Source: Octopus vulgaris
Lineage: Eukaryota
Length of the DNA: 64,000 nt
NCBI GenBank assembly: GCA_951406725.2
Contig: OX597831.1
Coordinates: 74,524,001 to 74,588,000 of the forward strand
Direction of reading: 5' to 3'
Shown here: in pieces, positions 1-11,554 of the stretch
How the letters are laid out: each line of letters begins with the position of its first letter
Numbering within the stretch: position 1 is the first letter of the stretch
Made by a program: the position numbers and the translations under genes
The notes under the pieces: model-generated
Told to the model about the DNA's origin: nothing
Databases searched by the model: none
What the model saw: the letters and a program-made list of their open reading frames with translations, nothing else

Positions 1-156
1 GAGTACAGCAGGGATCACCACCATCCCCTGCCGGAGCCTCGTGGAGCTTTAGGTGTTTTCGCTCAATAAACACTCACATCGCCCGGTCTGGGAATCGAAA
101 CCGCGATCCTATGACCGCGAGTCCGCTGCCCTAACCACTGGGCCATTGCGCCTCCA
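1..156 (-). mobile_element. SINE-A (tRNA-derived head), partial
   Basis: Reverse complement begins GGAGGCGCAATGGCCCAGTGGTTAGGGCAGCGGACTCGCGGTC..GGTTTCGATTCCC (A/B boxes); same family as 38265, 48939, 36236, 32895. Confidence 0.85.
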
Positions 157-512
157 CGGGTGGAGACTAACCAGGTAGCAAGCGATAGCAGTGGATAGGC
201 GGTTACAAGGAATTTAACTAGGATTTAAGGCGGGCCAGGGACTTGGGGCAACTATGGACAACTTAAAGAAAGTAGCGATAGAGGACAACTTGGTGTTTAT
301 GGGAACAAGAAATAGAAAAACGAACAGGTTTTTGAGAATAACCAGTGATTCTCTCTGATTTTTGGCACAAGGGTAGCAACTTTGAGGGGAGAGGAAGTAA
401 CATGGACGCCACTGCTTAACTTGTACTCATCTTATTAATCCAGAAAGCATGAAAGGCAAAGTCCACCTTGGTTGTTTTTGTACTCGGAACGTAAAGAGCC
501 GGAAGAAATGCT

Positions 513-719
513 CTCTCTTTTACTTGTTTCAGTTATTTGACTGCGGCCATTCTGGAGCACCGCCTTTAGTCGAGCAAATCGACCCCGCGACTTATTCTTT
601 GTAAGCTCAGTACTTATTCTATCAGTCTTTTTTGCCGAACCGCTAAGTGACGGGAACATAAACACACCAGCATCGGTTGTCGAGCGATGTTGGAGGAACA
701 AACACAGACACACAAGCAT

Positions 720-754
<35 letters not shown>

Positions 755-817
755 CATATATACGACAGGCTTCTTTCAGTTTCCGTCTACCAAATCCACT
801 CACAAGGCATTGGTCGG
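513..817 (-). mobile_element. SINE-B, 5'-truncated, internal (TA)/(TG) microsatellite
   Basis: Matches the full copy at 26117-26555. Confidence 0.85.
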
Positions 818-963
818 ACGAAAGACAAATGAAATACTGCTAGGCATTTCGCCCGGCGTGCTAACCATTCTGCCAGCTCGCCACCTCCGAGTAACCAACA
901 ACGTAAGTGGGCCAGGCTTTAGTGTAAACCAGGAATGGAGTGCGACTACGGGGAGATTTAGAG

Positions 964-1603
964 CAGCAGTCCATATGATCCTCGCGGTGGGTGGCCAGGT
1001 AAAATTTTGTAAAAATTTATCTTTATATATAAAAGTGAGGTTGTGTATCTGTCTCCTCAGATTTAGATTCCTAACTACTCCTACATTTTGCGGTGCAGTT
1101 TAACCAAAACCGGGTATCTTATAGTCGTGATTCATATCGAGCCCTTCTGGGTATTAGCGCGCGTCTACGATGAGTCTACGATTAAAAAACAAATTACCAT
1201 CATTTTTTCCCATTTTTAATGCATTTTTGGCATATATAAGGGAAGTAACTCTCTAAAAATTTATTATTAAATCTCAGAACGTAAAAAGCTACAGTAACAC
1301 CCCCCCCCCTTTGTGGTTAGCCATATTGAGATGGCTATTATACTTTACATCTCTAAAAATGCTTATATAGTTATTTCCCTTTCAAACCCGAGCAACGCCG
1401 GGCGATACTGCTAGTCTGCTATAAATTGATTATACTTGTGTAATACACAAAATATTTTAATGTTGTTTTATACAATTCCTAATAATATTTAATAATAGAA
1501 AATAGAACAGGGTTTTTTAGACACCGAATGGCAATGAGGGTCGCCCTGAGTAGAATAGGAATTAAAAGTCCATAGGCAAAAAAAAAATGATCGAAAACCA
1601 CTG
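964..1603. mobile_element. hAT-type MITE interrupted by a Helitron
   Basis: 8-bp direct repeat ATTTAGAG at 956-963 and 1604-1611; CAG...CTG termini, with the right end (rc CAGTGGTTTTC) like the 6709 MITE; left TIR degenerate. Confidence 0.6.
1020..1414 (+). mobile_element. non-autonomous Helitron
   Basis: A|TC start, 3' hairpin CCCGAGCAACGCCGGG then CTAG|T; no TSD. Confidence 0.8.
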
Positions 1604-1696
1604 ATTTAGAGAGTAGCCTGGTTTAGAGAGTATTTACTGAAGCAATCCATAATCAAGTAATCATTAATTCCTCTCATTTCACTGTTTTATGTGAGA

Positions 1697-2001
1697 CTAG
1701 CTGTATCCTCGGTGTTGCTCGGGTTTGTAAGGGAAATAACTATATAAGCATTTTTAGAGAGTTACTTCCCTTATATAACCCGAGCAAAAATCATTAAAAA
1801 TGCGGAAAAATGATGGTAATTTTTTTTTAAATCGTAGACTCATCGTAGACGCGCGCTAATACCCAGAAGGGCTCGATATGAATGACGACTATAAGATACC
1901 CGCTTTTGGTTAAACTGCACCGCAAAATGTGGGAGTAGTTAGGAATCGAAATCGGAGGAGACAGAGTCTCACACACACAACTTTAATTTTATATATAAAG
2001 A
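1697..2001 (-). mobile_element. non-autonomous Helitron (same family as 1020-1414, inverted)
   Basis: Reverse complement A|TCTTTATATAT...CCCGAGCAACACCGAGG..CTAG|T; body near-identical to 1020-1414 with an internal deletion. Confidence 0.8.
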
Positions 2002-2306
2002 TGTAGCGAAAATGTTAAGCAGTCACGTTACTAAACCTGATGTTGCGATTTGTTAGAATATTACCCACGTGATCGACAAAATCTGACCAATCACGACTTC
2101 GCATGGAATAGGCTTTAGCGACGATTTCATCTTTCGGCAAAATTCTTTATGAGTCTATCCATCAGTATAAATTCCAGACGTCTTGACTACTTGACAGAAA
2201 GCTTTGGGATGTAGCAGAGAGAACATTGAGAGGCAGCAGAGATGAGGCTGCTGACGGACAGCGAATAGAAGGAGACTGCTGCTGACAACAACCATAATGA
2301 ACGTAT

Positions 2307-2388
<82 letters not shown>

Positions 2389-2404
2389 AATTATTGTATA
2401 CAGT

Positions 2405-2945
2405 GATCAGGTGCACCACAACTTGTCAGAAAGTGCGTATAAAGCATAATGTACATATGAGTCAGATACCTGCTTGTGCGTGTATGGAGGGGAGAAAATC
2501 AGGTGTAGTTTGTGTTGGCGAATCTCAGGAAGCATGGAAGTTTTGAAGGATGCAGTGCTCCGGCAACTAACAACCGATACCGGCAGTTTGTTCCATGCTT
2601 CAGCAACTCTCAGCGTGAAAAATGTTTCCTAAAGTTATGGGAGCTGTGCTGTTTTCTGACTTTGTAAATATGTCCACGGGTGTTAGACGGGTGGAGTTTG
2701 AAAAGGTGCTCAGAGTTATTGTTTGTATGATGGTTGATAATTTTATGGGTGTCTGCCAAGTCAGCTGCCAGACGTCAGAGTTTCAATGTGTCCATGCCCA
2801 GGGAAGTAAGGCGTTCAGAATATGGCAAATGCCTGATGGAGGGTATTCTTTTGGTTGCACATCGCTGAACGGCTTCCAGACGATTGTTATCCTGGGCAAG
2901 ATAGGGGTTCCAGACCGAAGTAGAGCTGTGTTGATGGCGCAGATA
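2405..2945 (-). pseudogene. CR1/L2-type LINE 3' fragment
   Basis: Degenerate C-terminal ORF2-like sequence on the minus strand (rc TTTTTCACGCTGAGAGTTGCTGAAGCATGGAACAAACTGCCG = FFTLRVAEAWNKLP), next to a (TTA)n tail. Confidence 0.65.
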
Positions 2946-3194
2946 ATGTACAAAAAGTTGTTCTTATTTAATTTTCCCAAAAACGATGAACGGTGAAGTC
3001 AACTATGATTCTGTTTGTACTCAGAAAAAGTGCTTATTCTATTTTTCCTGTTTACACACCAAACACTTACGTACATAAACAAATAAAAAAAACATCGTTA
3101 GGTATATAGACCCAATCTTCCCTGCAAAGACAAGCACTCATAAGAAAAGTGTTTTTGAATAAGCAAAAAGTCAAAGAAGTGTGCAAACACACAC

Positions 3195-3266
3195 TGCCGA
3201 CACCCGGATCGAACCAGGGACCTTAAAATCTTCAGTCTAACGCTCTCCCAACTGAGCTATTTCGGC
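3195..3266 (-). tRNA. tRNA-Phe(GAA), degenerate/possible pseudogene
   Basis: rc GCCGAAATAGCTCAGTTGGGAGAGCGTTAGACTGAAGATTTTAAGGTCCCTGGTTCGATCCGGGTGTCGGCA; 72 nt; anticodon-stem and acceptor mismatches, 1-nt T-stem deletion; T5 terminator at 3165-3169. Confidence 0.85.
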
Positions 3267-3324
3267 TGCTCTGCGTTCTGTTGCCATTCTGGTTACTATA
3301 AATTACATAAAATTACAATCAATG

Positions 3325-3545
3325 GTACGGAGCTGGCAGAAACGTTAGCACGCCGGACGAAATGCTTTGCGGTATTTCGTCTGCCGTTACGTTCTGAGTT
3401 CAAATTCCGCCGAGGTCGACTTTGCCTTTCATCCTTTCGGAGTCGATGAAATAAGTACCAGTTACGCACTGGTGTCAATATAATCGACTTAATCCCCCCA
3501 CCCACCCCGAAATTGCTGACCTTGTGCCAAAATTTGAAATCGCTA
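3325..3545 (+). mobile_element. SINE-C monomer
   Basis: GAGCTGGCAGAAACGTTAGC head, GAGTTCAAATTCC B-box, conserved core GGTCGACTTTGCCTTTCATCCTTTCGG..AAGTACCAG. Confidence 0.85.
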
Positions 3546-3766
3546 TTACAGTGAATGGTGACTGGTTGATTAGCCATTGTTTGTCGTTGTTGAATAACTG
3601 CTTTGCAACAGTCTGTCTGTCTGTCTGTCTCCGTTTGGTCGGTTTAGCTGTTAGAAATAGCAACCAAATCTCCCTTAAATAAAACTGCACCGTCTGAAAT
3701 AAAGAAAAGACACATTAGATAATGCTGTTGTACTTTCATCCTTTCTGATCGATAAAAGGTTAAACT

Positions 3767-4204
3767 AAAGCGTTAAACCCGGTCAAAAAAACAAAAACAA
3801 ATTGTGTTATATGTGTAAAACAACTTCCTCTAAACGAATATGAAAAAAAAAAATGCGCGCATGCGAAAGGGGAGTGGGGGAGAGGCCTCGGAAAATTCAC
3901 ATTGGGAATTTCTGAAAGCGTCTGAGGGGCTGACCCGGGCACCAAAACGAAAAAAAAATTAGTGTAATATGTGTAAAACAACTTGCTCTAAACGAATATG
4001 ACAAAAAAAAAATGCACACTCGCGAAAGTGGGGTGGGTGAGAGGCCTCGGAAAATTCACATCGGGAATTTCCGAAAGCGTCTGACCCGGGCACAAAAACA
4101 AAAATAGTGTAATAGGTGTAAAACAACTTGCTCTAAACGAATATGATGAAAAAAATGCGCGCTCGCGAAAGGGGGGGGGGGAGAGGCCTCGGAAATTTCA
4201 CATC
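3767..4204. repeat. tandem repeat, ~145-160 bp unit, ~3 copies
   Basis: GTGTAAAACAACTT at 3812, 3971, 4116; GAGAGGCCTCGGAAA recurs in each unit. Confidence 0.85.
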
Positions 4205-4522
4205 TTCAGTCCGCGGCCTTGTAATCTCCCGAACAGGCTGGCCTTGTGCCAAAATGTGAAACCAATAGGCGAAATAAACTCCGGAGATGTTTTGCTCTCA
4301 CGCAGAATCTGCAGGAAATACTCAGAGGTTTTGCGAGCTCTTCTGATTGCATTGCAATGTTGGAAACCCATTCTGTGCCATCAGCAGATATCTCATTTCG
4401 CCCCCTTAAGCTTGTACACTTTGCCTGCGTGGGGGTAGCCAGGGCTGAACTTCGATTTTTCTCATTTCGAATGCATACCCCCGATTGTGCCCTTGTTTTC
4501 TTCCAGTAATAAATACCAGTAA

Positions 4523-4918
4523 TCTCTCTCTATATATAAAGCTGAAGTTGTATGTGTATGGCAGGTTTGGTAGCCTTCGACTAACACTATCTCCTCCGAG
4601 ACCCTGCGGTGCAAGTTGACCAAAATTGAGAGTATGATAGAAGAAGGCTTGCTCTTCCTTCCGTAGGAGAACAAATTCAACTCGGACCATGTTAACACCA
4701 AAAATTATTTACATCAAAAAGGTGCTTTTTTTTCTATGAAAATCCCTATTTTTTTACGATTTTTTGACTGCTTTGTCGCAATTTTTCGGTGTATTTCAAC
4801 CAGGAAAATGTTCGCTTAAAGAGAATAACAAGCTACATAATGCAAAATGTTTACTTTTCAAAAATTCCAATTCTAAAGGGTCGAAACAAACCCGAGCAAC
4901 GCCGGGCGATACTGCTAG
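4523..4918 (+). mobile_element. non-autonomous Helitron, second body type
   Basis: A|TC start; ends AAACCCGAGCAACGCCGGGCGATACTGCTAG|T, identical to the 1414 end; second copy at 52291. Confidence 0.8.
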
Positions 4919-5019
4919 TATACTATAATTGCTTGAATCAATTTCGGCTTTCCACCCAAATTAATTAGCGTCTGTCTTTCTTAAGTTACTTCTCTTCACA
5001 TAGTGCGCTTCAAATTATG

Positions 5020-5233
5020 CAGTAATCCCTCGACTATTGCGGCGTTGCGTTCCAAAACTCCTCGCGATAAGTGAAAATCCGCGAAGTAAAAAGAAGTACT
5101 GTATATTTTTTTAATTTTTATAATTTGTAAATATTTATTTTATCATAAATGCAAAATACCAGCACGGAGGAATCAAGGTAAGTTTAAATAATAAACCGCG
5201 ATAGGTGGCCTGCGATATGGCGAAGGATTGCTG
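5020..5233. mobile_element. Tc1/mariner (Tigger-like) MITE
   Basis: Imperfect TIRs CAGTAATCCCTCG / CGAAGGATTGCTG, TA on the right flank. Confidence 0.65.
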
Positions 5234-5329
5234 TATTTCAACTTTACTTTTCACCCCTTCAGGAGAGCGATTAAATGCGTGTCACTTCCATATTGTATTT
5301 TAATCATTCAGTTATAATCTTGTTTTATA

Positions 5330-5490
5330 GAGGAATGGCTGTGTGGGAAGTAGCTTGCTAACCAACCACATGGTTCCGGGTTCAGTCCCACTGCGTGGCA
5401 TCTTGGGCAAGTGTCTTCTACTATAGCCTCGGGCCGACCAAAGCCTTGTGAGTAGATTTGGTAGACGGAAACTGAAAGAAGCCCGTCGTA

Positions 5491-5543
<53 letters not shown>

Positions 5544-5725
5544 ATGTTTGTGTGTCTGTGTTTGTCCCCCTTAGCATTGCTTGACAACCGATGCTGGTGT
5601 GTTTACGTCGTTCAGCAGTTCGGCAAAAGAGACCGATAGAATAAGTACTGGGCTTACAAAGAATAAGTACCGGGGTCGATTTGCTCGACTAAAGGCGGTG
5701 CTCCAGCATGGCCGCAGTCAAATGA
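5330..5725 (+). mobile_element. SINE-B
   Basis: tRNA-like head, CTTGGGCAAGT motif, internal TA/TG tract, tail AAAGGCGGTGCTCCAGCATGGCCGCAGTC. Confidence 0.85.
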
Positions 5726-6708
5726 AGTCAGCCACCAAAAAGACAGAATTGTCTGCAAATACACGAGATTGCTGAGTTACCTCCCCTCAAGCAACATCCA
5801 AGCCTCGTCTGTCCAATGACGGTTGAAATTTCATTTGTTGTAGTTGTTGTATTAATCTTTGGACTGCGGCCATGCTGGGGTACCGCATTGAGGAATTTCT
5901 AGGCGAACGAATCAGCTCCGGTACTTTGTTGAAAGCCTGCTACTTAACGTATCCGTCGTTTTTTGCCAAACCGCTAAGTTACAGGGAGGGACACAAACCA
6001 ACACTGATTGTCGATAGGGAGGGACAGACACATACACAAAGACACACGTACACACACGCGCATACACATACATATATGCATGCATGCATACATACATACA
6101 TACACACTCATACACATACATACATACATACATGAATACATACATACATACATACATGCACACATACATGCAAACATACACGCACGCATACATGCATAGA
6201 TACTTGCATGCATGAATGTATGCATGCATGCATACATGCATACTTTCATTCATGCATAGATGCATGCATACATAACTACATGCATATATACATGCATACA
6301 TACATACGACAAGCTTCTTACAGTTTCCGTTGACTGAATCCGCCACAAGGTTTTAGTTGGCCTGGGCTTATCTATCTCCCATCCATCGGGTCCCCTGTTT
6401 GCAGAAAGTAGAATGGCCTGTAGATATACAGGTTAACTGCGAATACTCAATAAACAGTCGGACGGGCTGCCCTTTGGCAAGGCACAGCACTTGTTCGCCG
6501 CCCTGTCAGGATCACAACAAAGTCCTGAAATCCTGAAAAGAGCGGAAATGCCAGCATCATTGGAAAAGAGGATGGTAGTAAGAAATGGAATGCAATGCAT
6601 AAAAATACTTTGGATTCGGATTTCTTTCCGCTTCACTGAACAAATTATGCTTTTATGAACCTTGGTCTGGGAAACCGCTAGTTCGTCTGGCGCTGCAATC
6701 GTCTATAG

Positions 6709-6908
6709 CAGTGGTTTTCAACCAGGGTTCCGCCAGTACAGTCCAGGGTTCCGCAAGAAGTTACAAAACTGCTAAAATCGGCAGTAATTTTTAAGTCTCC
6801 TTTGCAGATATGTGTGCATAAGACTATTAAATTATTGCACAGGGGTTCCCCGAGCCAGTGGAATGTTTCCTTGGGGTTCCGCTCCAGCAAAAAGGTTGAA
6901 AAGCACTG
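6709..6908. mobile_element. hAT (Charlie-like) MITE
   Basis: 15-bp TIRs CAGTGGTTTTCAACC / GGTTGAAAAGCACTG (1 mismatch); perfect 8-bp TSD GTCTATAG at 6701-6708 and 6909-6916. Confidence 0.9.
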
Positions 6909-7189
6909 GTCTATAGGACCTGCAACCTGAGACGAAAAATTAGCAATCGAAAGGCAAGACTGGTTATGTCGTGTTGACGATTGCAAACAAGAATGAAATA
7001 ATGCTAAATTTGGCTAGCAGAGACTAAAATCTTTATAATGTGGGAAAAAATAAGAAAAAAATGAGTGTATTCCGGACATCTGTTACACACTTTGATGTAA
7101 ATTCCAGATTTTCAAATCTGTCTCAATCTAAGCTAGAAGGAGTTGTCTCCCCTTTAATGGTTGCCAACTTTGTGTACAGCACATGAAAA

Positions 7190-7570
7190 TTGTTTTCAAA
7201 TCTTAGTACAAGGCCAGCAATTTCGGGGATGTGGGTAAGTCGACTACATCGACCCCAGTATTTGACTGGTACTTATTTGATCAACCTTGAAAGAATGAAA
7301 GGCAAATTTGACCTAGGTGGAATATGAATTCAGAACGTAGCAGCAAACGAAATACCTATTTCTTTACTAAACACAGAGAGGACAAACAAGGACAGACAAA
7401 CGGATTAAGTCGATTATATCGACTCCAGTGCGTAACTGGTACTTAATTTATCGACCCCGAAAGGATGAAAGGCAAAATCGACCTCAGCGGAATTTGAACT
7501 CAGAACGTTGCGGCAGACGAAATACCGCTAAGCATTTTGTCTGGTGTGCTAACGATTCTGCCAGCTCAGC
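7190..7570 (-). mobile_element. SINE-C dimer
   Basis: Two core units joined at rc AAAGAAATA|GGTATTTCG. Confidence 0.8.
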
Positions 7571-7572
7571 AC

Positions 7573-7641
<69 letters not shown>

Positions 7642-8114
7642 TTCTTTCTACTATAATCACAAGAGCTGAAATTTGTGGCGAGGGGACTTGTCGATTACAT
7701 CGACTCCCGTGTTAAACGGTAAAGTCGACTTGGGCGAAATTTGAACTCAGAACGTACGGACGGACGAAATGCAGCTAAGTATTTCGCTGAGCCTGTTAAC
7801 GATTCTGCCAGCTCGCCGCAGCACACCACGTGAACATTGATCAGATTTATCGTAAAACTGTGTCAGAACAGGTTTTCAGCTTTGATCTTTGAAGGAGCAT
7901 TTGAAAGACGTCGTTTATCCTGGCCGCAACATAAGACCTGTATCTAGTGATGAGGCTCCAGCTTGGGCATTTGTTTAGGTATTTGAAGAAACATGGAGTC
8001 ACTCCTTCGTCGCCATTTATGAACTAAATTGCAGGAAATCGTCTGGTAACTAAAGCATGCACTCAAAACTTACAGGACAGCTGGTTACTAAATATAGGTT
8101 TGATAGGACTTCGC

Positions 8115-8680
8115 CGAGCTGGCAGAATCGTTAGCGTACCGAGCAAAAGGCTTAGCGGCATTTCGTCCGTCTTCAACACTCAGTTCAAATTCCGCCGAGG
8201 TCGACTTTGCCTTTCGTCCTTTCGGTGTCGATTAAATAAGTACCAGTCAAATACTGGAGTCGATATAATCGACTTAATCCGTTTGTCTGTCCTTGTTTGT
8301 CCTCTCTGTGTTTAGCCCCTTGTGGGTAGTAAAGAAATAGGTATTTCGTCCGTCTTCAACACTCTGAGTTCAAATTCCGCCGACGTCGACTTTGCCTTTC
8401 ATCCTTTCGGGGTCGATTAAATAAGTACCAGTTACGCACTGAGGTCGATATAATCGACTTAATCCGTTTGTTTGTCCTTGTTTGTCCCCTCTGTGTTTAG
8501 CCCCTTGTGGATAGTAAAGAAATAGGTATTTCGTCTGTCTTCAAGTTCTGAGTTCAAATTCCGCCAAGGTCGACTTCGCCTTTCATATTTTCGGGGTCGA
8601 TGAAATAAGTACCAGTTACATACTGGTACTTATTTAATCAACTAGCCCCCTTCCGCAAAAAATTTTAAAGGCTTTGTGCC

Positions 8681-8690
<10 letters not shown>
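8115..8690 (+). mobile_element. SINE-C trimer (183-185 bp period)
   Basis: Units restart at 8158, 8341, 8526. Confidence 0.85.
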
Positions 8691-8717
<27 letters not shown>

Positions 8718-9109
8718 TAAGTCAGCGTACTGGCGTAGCCCTTAGAATGTCAGGGAAAAAGGTCTTCCGGTATTTCGTGAGATTTTTTGTCTTGAGTCCT
8801 TTTGGGGGTTGATAAAAAAGGTGCCAGTGATGTACTGGGGTCGGTGGTTTTGACTGTCAAAATTTGAAGCGTTTATTATTATAATTCATTTTACATAAAA
8901 ATTATAATTTTGACACAAGGCCAGCAACTTTAGGGATGCATGTCTAGTTGACGGGTACTTTATTTTATTGGCTATGAAAGGCAAAGCCCACAGCAGAATT
9001 TGATCTCAGAACATAAGGAACTGCAAGAAATATTGCTAAGCATTTTGTCTGGCGCGTTAACGATTCTTTCCAGCTTAGGAATTAATTGGTGTGTTCAGGA
9101 GCAGGCCAT

Positions 9110-9117
9110 AAAAAAAA
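9110..9117 (-). terminator. Pol III terminator (T8) of tRNA-Thr
   Basis: A-run on the plus strand ~21 nt downstream of the tRNA 3' end. Confidence 0.7.
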
Positions 9118-9138
9118 GCGTTACATAATTCTATCGGA

Positions 9139-9211
9139 AGCCCCCAGTGAGGATCGAACTCACGACCCCTGGTTTACAAGACCAGTGCTCTAACCACTGA
9201 GCTATGGAGGC
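9139..9211 (-). tRNA. tRNA-Thr(TGT)
   Basis: rc GCCTCCATAGCTCAGTGGTTAGAGCACTGGTCTTGTAAACCAGGGGTCGTGAGTTCGATCCTCACTGGGGGCT; intact cloverleaf, anticodon TGT. Confidence 0.95.
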
Positions 9212-10364
9212 ACGCGCTTCTTTATCTTCTGAAATGCCAAGTAATAACAAAAAAAGTGCGCCAGCTCGTCCTCCTATGACACACATTCCGTCCGGGGATC
9301 AACCTTAACTTTTATCCCTTCCGGGTGAGATAAAATGAATACCAGTTGTACACTTGGGGTGTCGCTTCCTCGACATTTCTGGGACGGACTTCTGCTTTAA
9401 GCATGCCATAGAACTTTTTTATTTTTTATTTTTTAGAATTTTCAAAAAATGTTTGCGAATTTGTTTTCTATACACGGGAATTCATGCGACTAGGAAAAAT
9501 AATATTTTTTCTTTTGTTTTTTGTTTTTTCGAAAGTCCACCGTTTCTGGTCTTGTGACAAAATTTGAAACCAAGTGCAACCTGTGTGCGTGGACATGCCC
9601 TGATATCACGCGAACCAACCTTTCTGGCTCAAGGGGAGTTTTGGTGGGTATGGAGTTACTCTTGAGTCACCACTAATACTCCTCACTCTGACCCAGGGTA
9701 CTAGCCCTTGTGTAGGGCACCAGTTAGAGCAGACATTCCTATGGTTAAGGGATACAGGACTCGGGAGAAGGCAGACGCCTAAGACACGTGTCAAACAGGA
9801 CCATCGGTGGGTGGATATGCCTAGATGAAACAAAACCCCTACTTAGGATTGAAATAGGCCCTGTGTCTCAAGGATAAGACTTTGGAATTGTAGGAGACTA
9901 ACCGGGTGGACTATAAACAAACTGGCGGGTGAGGTACCGGGGTGGAGGTTTTTTCGTGGGTGTTCGAGGTGCTAGAGACAGCAGCTAAGTCTAACTCTGA
10001 ATCATACGCTGTCGTCTCAAAACAGGAAGGGAGTCAATTGAAAATACGGACCTTAAAATAGGAAAAGACAAAAGGCAAAGCTGACCGCTGCTTGAATAGA
10101 GTTTGTTTTATCGATCAGGGTCACTGGGAGGTAACCTGGGGTTAAAAAGCAGCAGCATCACCACCATCACCATTATCACTTCTCCCATCACCACCCCTAT
10201 CATCATTGCCACCATCACCACCATCTCTACCATTATCATGACCACCGCAGCCGCCTCTGCCATCGCCACAATCAGCCTCACCACCACCACCACCACCATT
10301 ATCATTATCATTACTACCACCATCACCACTATAATCATCATTAGCAGCAGCAGCAGCAGCAACC

Positions 10365-10398
<34 letters not shown>

Positions 10399-10861
10399 CC
10401 ATTATCATTATCATTACTACCACCACCACCACCACCACCACTACTACGACGGACAACAGCAAAAAAGGAGATAAGCAACAATTCTAATCGCCATGACGTC
10501 ATTTGTGAACTCCAGACACGCTGACCTCTTAATCTGTTTCTTTCTGCACCACAAGGTATTAGATCCCAACCACCACCGACACCACCACCACCACCACCAT
10601 TACCACCGCCGCCACCGCCTCCATTGTTAATCCCCCCGCCAACTCTGTGCCTCTGATAAAGGATACAAAATGTCACCCATCGACGTCAGACGCTAAGACG
10701 GTGATGACGTCACAGGACGGCCAAATACTTTTTTTTTTCTCCTTTCATTCAGTTTCGCCTCACAACTTTTCGGGAGGTCAACACGTTCCGCGCATTCTTT
10801 CCCTCCTTTTCTCCCTCCATCCCTCCCTGCCTCCCCATCTCTCTCTCCCTCTCTCCCCCTC

Positions 10862-10902
<41 letters not shown>

Positions 10903-11554
10903 TTCTTTTATTTCCTAGCGTGGAGTGGGGTAGGATAGAGGGTGGGGGTTAATAAACTGGCCAAAGAAGTGGGAGGAGGGGTGGTCGTTGGAATCTTCGG
11001 CTCTTGGCCATTATCTTTCATCTTTCACTTGATTCGGTCTTTGGATTGCGGCCATGCTGGGTCACTACCTTAAATGAGATTTTCTTCTTAGTTAAACAAA
11101 CGGAACTCCGACAGTTCTTTTCTTTCCCTTTCTTTCTCCTTTTTGCTTGTTTTTTTTCTTCTTTCCTAAATTTGGTACTTACTCTTTCTGTCTCGCTTGT
11201 GGAACGTTAACAAAATATCACCGGTTGTCAAACGGTGGGGAGGACAAACACAAGCATAAAGAGACGTACGCTCAAACATACATATATGTTTGTGTGTGTA
11301 CATACGTTTATACACACACACACAACAGGCTTCTACGTAGTTTCCGCCTGCCAGATTCACTTAGAAGACATAACTCAGCCCGGCGATATAGTAGACGACA
11401 CTTGTCCAAGGTGCCGCGTAGTGGGATTGAACCTGAGGCCACATAGTTGGAAAGAGAGCTTCAAACCGAGTTTTTTGTCTTTGTCGTTTTTTTTTTCCTT
11501 TTCTTTTTGTTTTGGTTTCGAGGGTTGTTGTTTAGCTTTAGGCCCAAGGCAATA

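Noticed and set aside
10520-10660. Possible splice acceptor followed by a proline-rich exon
   Set aside because: Pro-rich frame ends in TGA TAA; content is CCA repeat; no other exons found
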